From assembly GCA_002269645.1 (NCBI GenBank), contig NIVC01000403.1:1-64000 (forward strand): a stretch of 64,000 nt of DNA, read 5' to 3'. Position numbers and translations under genes: made by a program. This stretch comes from Macrostomum lignano (taxonomy: Eukaryota). Below the pieces are notes generated by a model that was given only the letters and a program-made list of their open reading frames with translations, was not told the origin of the DNA and searched no databases. Of this stretch, positions 62,836 to 64,000 are shown piece after piece (within the stretch, counting starts at the first letter, position 1; the number at the start of each line of letters is the position of its first letter).

Positions 62836-63224
62836 TATCGAACTGATCTCTTATAGGATGACTTAAAATCACTTCAAAAAGCAGATTTATTGCTAGTCGA
62901 CTTACCAACAAATCCTATAAAATCGGTCGGCCAACTCCGGCCCGCAAAGCCTCTCTATCCGGCCCTCGGCCCTTTAAAAATCTCAAAATAGCAATCCAGC
63001 CCAATTTGTGTCTTTTCTCAGCTCTCTTCTCTCTAATCTCCCCTCCTCTCCATTCTCTCCTCTCTTCTACTTTATTTTCTCGCCTATTCTTTCTCCGATT
63101 TCTTTTCTCTATTCCCTCTCCTCTCTCCCATCCTCTGGCCCGCAGTCAAGCGTCCTATCTGGCCCGTGAAGTAAAAACGTTTTCCAACCCCTGTTTTAGA
63201 TGCATTATTGCATGCGAAGCCTGC

Positions 63225-64000
63225 TAAAAAGGGGGGCGCCAAGCTTGCTGAAAGGGGGGGGGGCGCCAAGCTTGCTGAAAAGGGGGCGCCAAGCTTGCTG
63301 AAAAGGAGGGGGGCGCCAAGCTTGCTGAAAGGGGGGGGCGCCAAGCCTGCTGAAAAGGGGGGCGCCAAGCTTGCTGAAAAGGGGGGGCCAAGCCTGCTAA
63401 AAAGGGGGGCGCCAAGCTTGCTGAAAGGGGGGGGCGCCAAGCTTGCTGAAAAGGGGGGGGCCAAGCTTGCCAAAAAGGAGGGGGGGCGCCAAGCTTGCTG
63501 AAAAGGAGGGGGGGGGGGCGCCAAGCTTGCTGAAAGGGGGGGGGCGCCAAGCCTGCTGAAAAGGAAGGCGCCAAGCTTGCTGAAAAGGGGGGGCCAAGCC
63601 TGCTAAAAAGGGGGGGCCCCAAGCCTGCTGAAAAGGGGGGGGGTGCCAAGCTTGCTGAAAAGGGGGGCCAAGCCTGCTAAAAAGGGGGGTGCCAAGCTTG
63701 CTGAAAAGGGGGGGGGCGCCAAGCTTGCTGAAAGGGGGGGGCGCCAAGCTTGCTGAAGGGGGGGGGCGCCAAGCTTGCTGAAAGGGGGGGGCGCCAAGCT
63801 TGCTGAAGGGGGGGGGCGCCAAGCTTGCTGAAGGGGGGGGGCGCCAAGCTTGCTGAAAGGGGGGGGCGCCAAGCTTGCTGAAGGGGGGGGGGCGCCAAGC
63901 TTGCTGAAGGGGGGGGGCGCCAAGCTTGCTGAAAAGGGGGGGGCGCCAAGCTTGCTGAAAGGGGGGGGCGCCAAGCCTGCTGAAAAGGGGGGCGCCAAGC
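63225..64000. repeat. G-tract minisatellite (G6-9 CGCCAAGCTTGCTGAAA), runs off the window end
   Basis: Direct reading. Confidence 0.95.

Overview
This is eukaryotic (animal) genomic DNA with spliceosomal introns and no prokaryotic features. Its style (GC-rich exons, poly-Ala/Gly tracts, very dense minisatellites) resembles a free-living flatworm such as Macrostomum, but that is unverified inference. Three genes are supported. (1) The 5' ten coding exons of a neurobeachin/LRBA (BEACH-family) gene lie on the minus strand (ATG 13781) and run off the window start; the last visible exon carries several indels that are probably assembly errors. (2) A divergently oriented clathrin light chain gene on the plus strand (18541-25569) has 3 clear exons plus a candidate 18-nt microexon. 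(3) A single-coding-exon Sp5/buttonhead zinc-finger gene (50072-51154, minus) has an apparent eh1 motif and sits in a gene-poor region. The rest is about 30 distinct micro/minisatellite arrays, two tRNA-derived SINEs, several MITE/foldback elements with recognisable TIRs/TSDs and a solo LTR. There is also a sharply bounded ~9.3 kb AT-rich domain (~13960-23270) whose transposon remnants show CpG-to-TpG/CpA erosion and which contains clathrin light chain exon 1. Nearly all long ORFs in the supplied track are artefacts of tandem repeats. Repeat boundaries are approximate and were read by eye.
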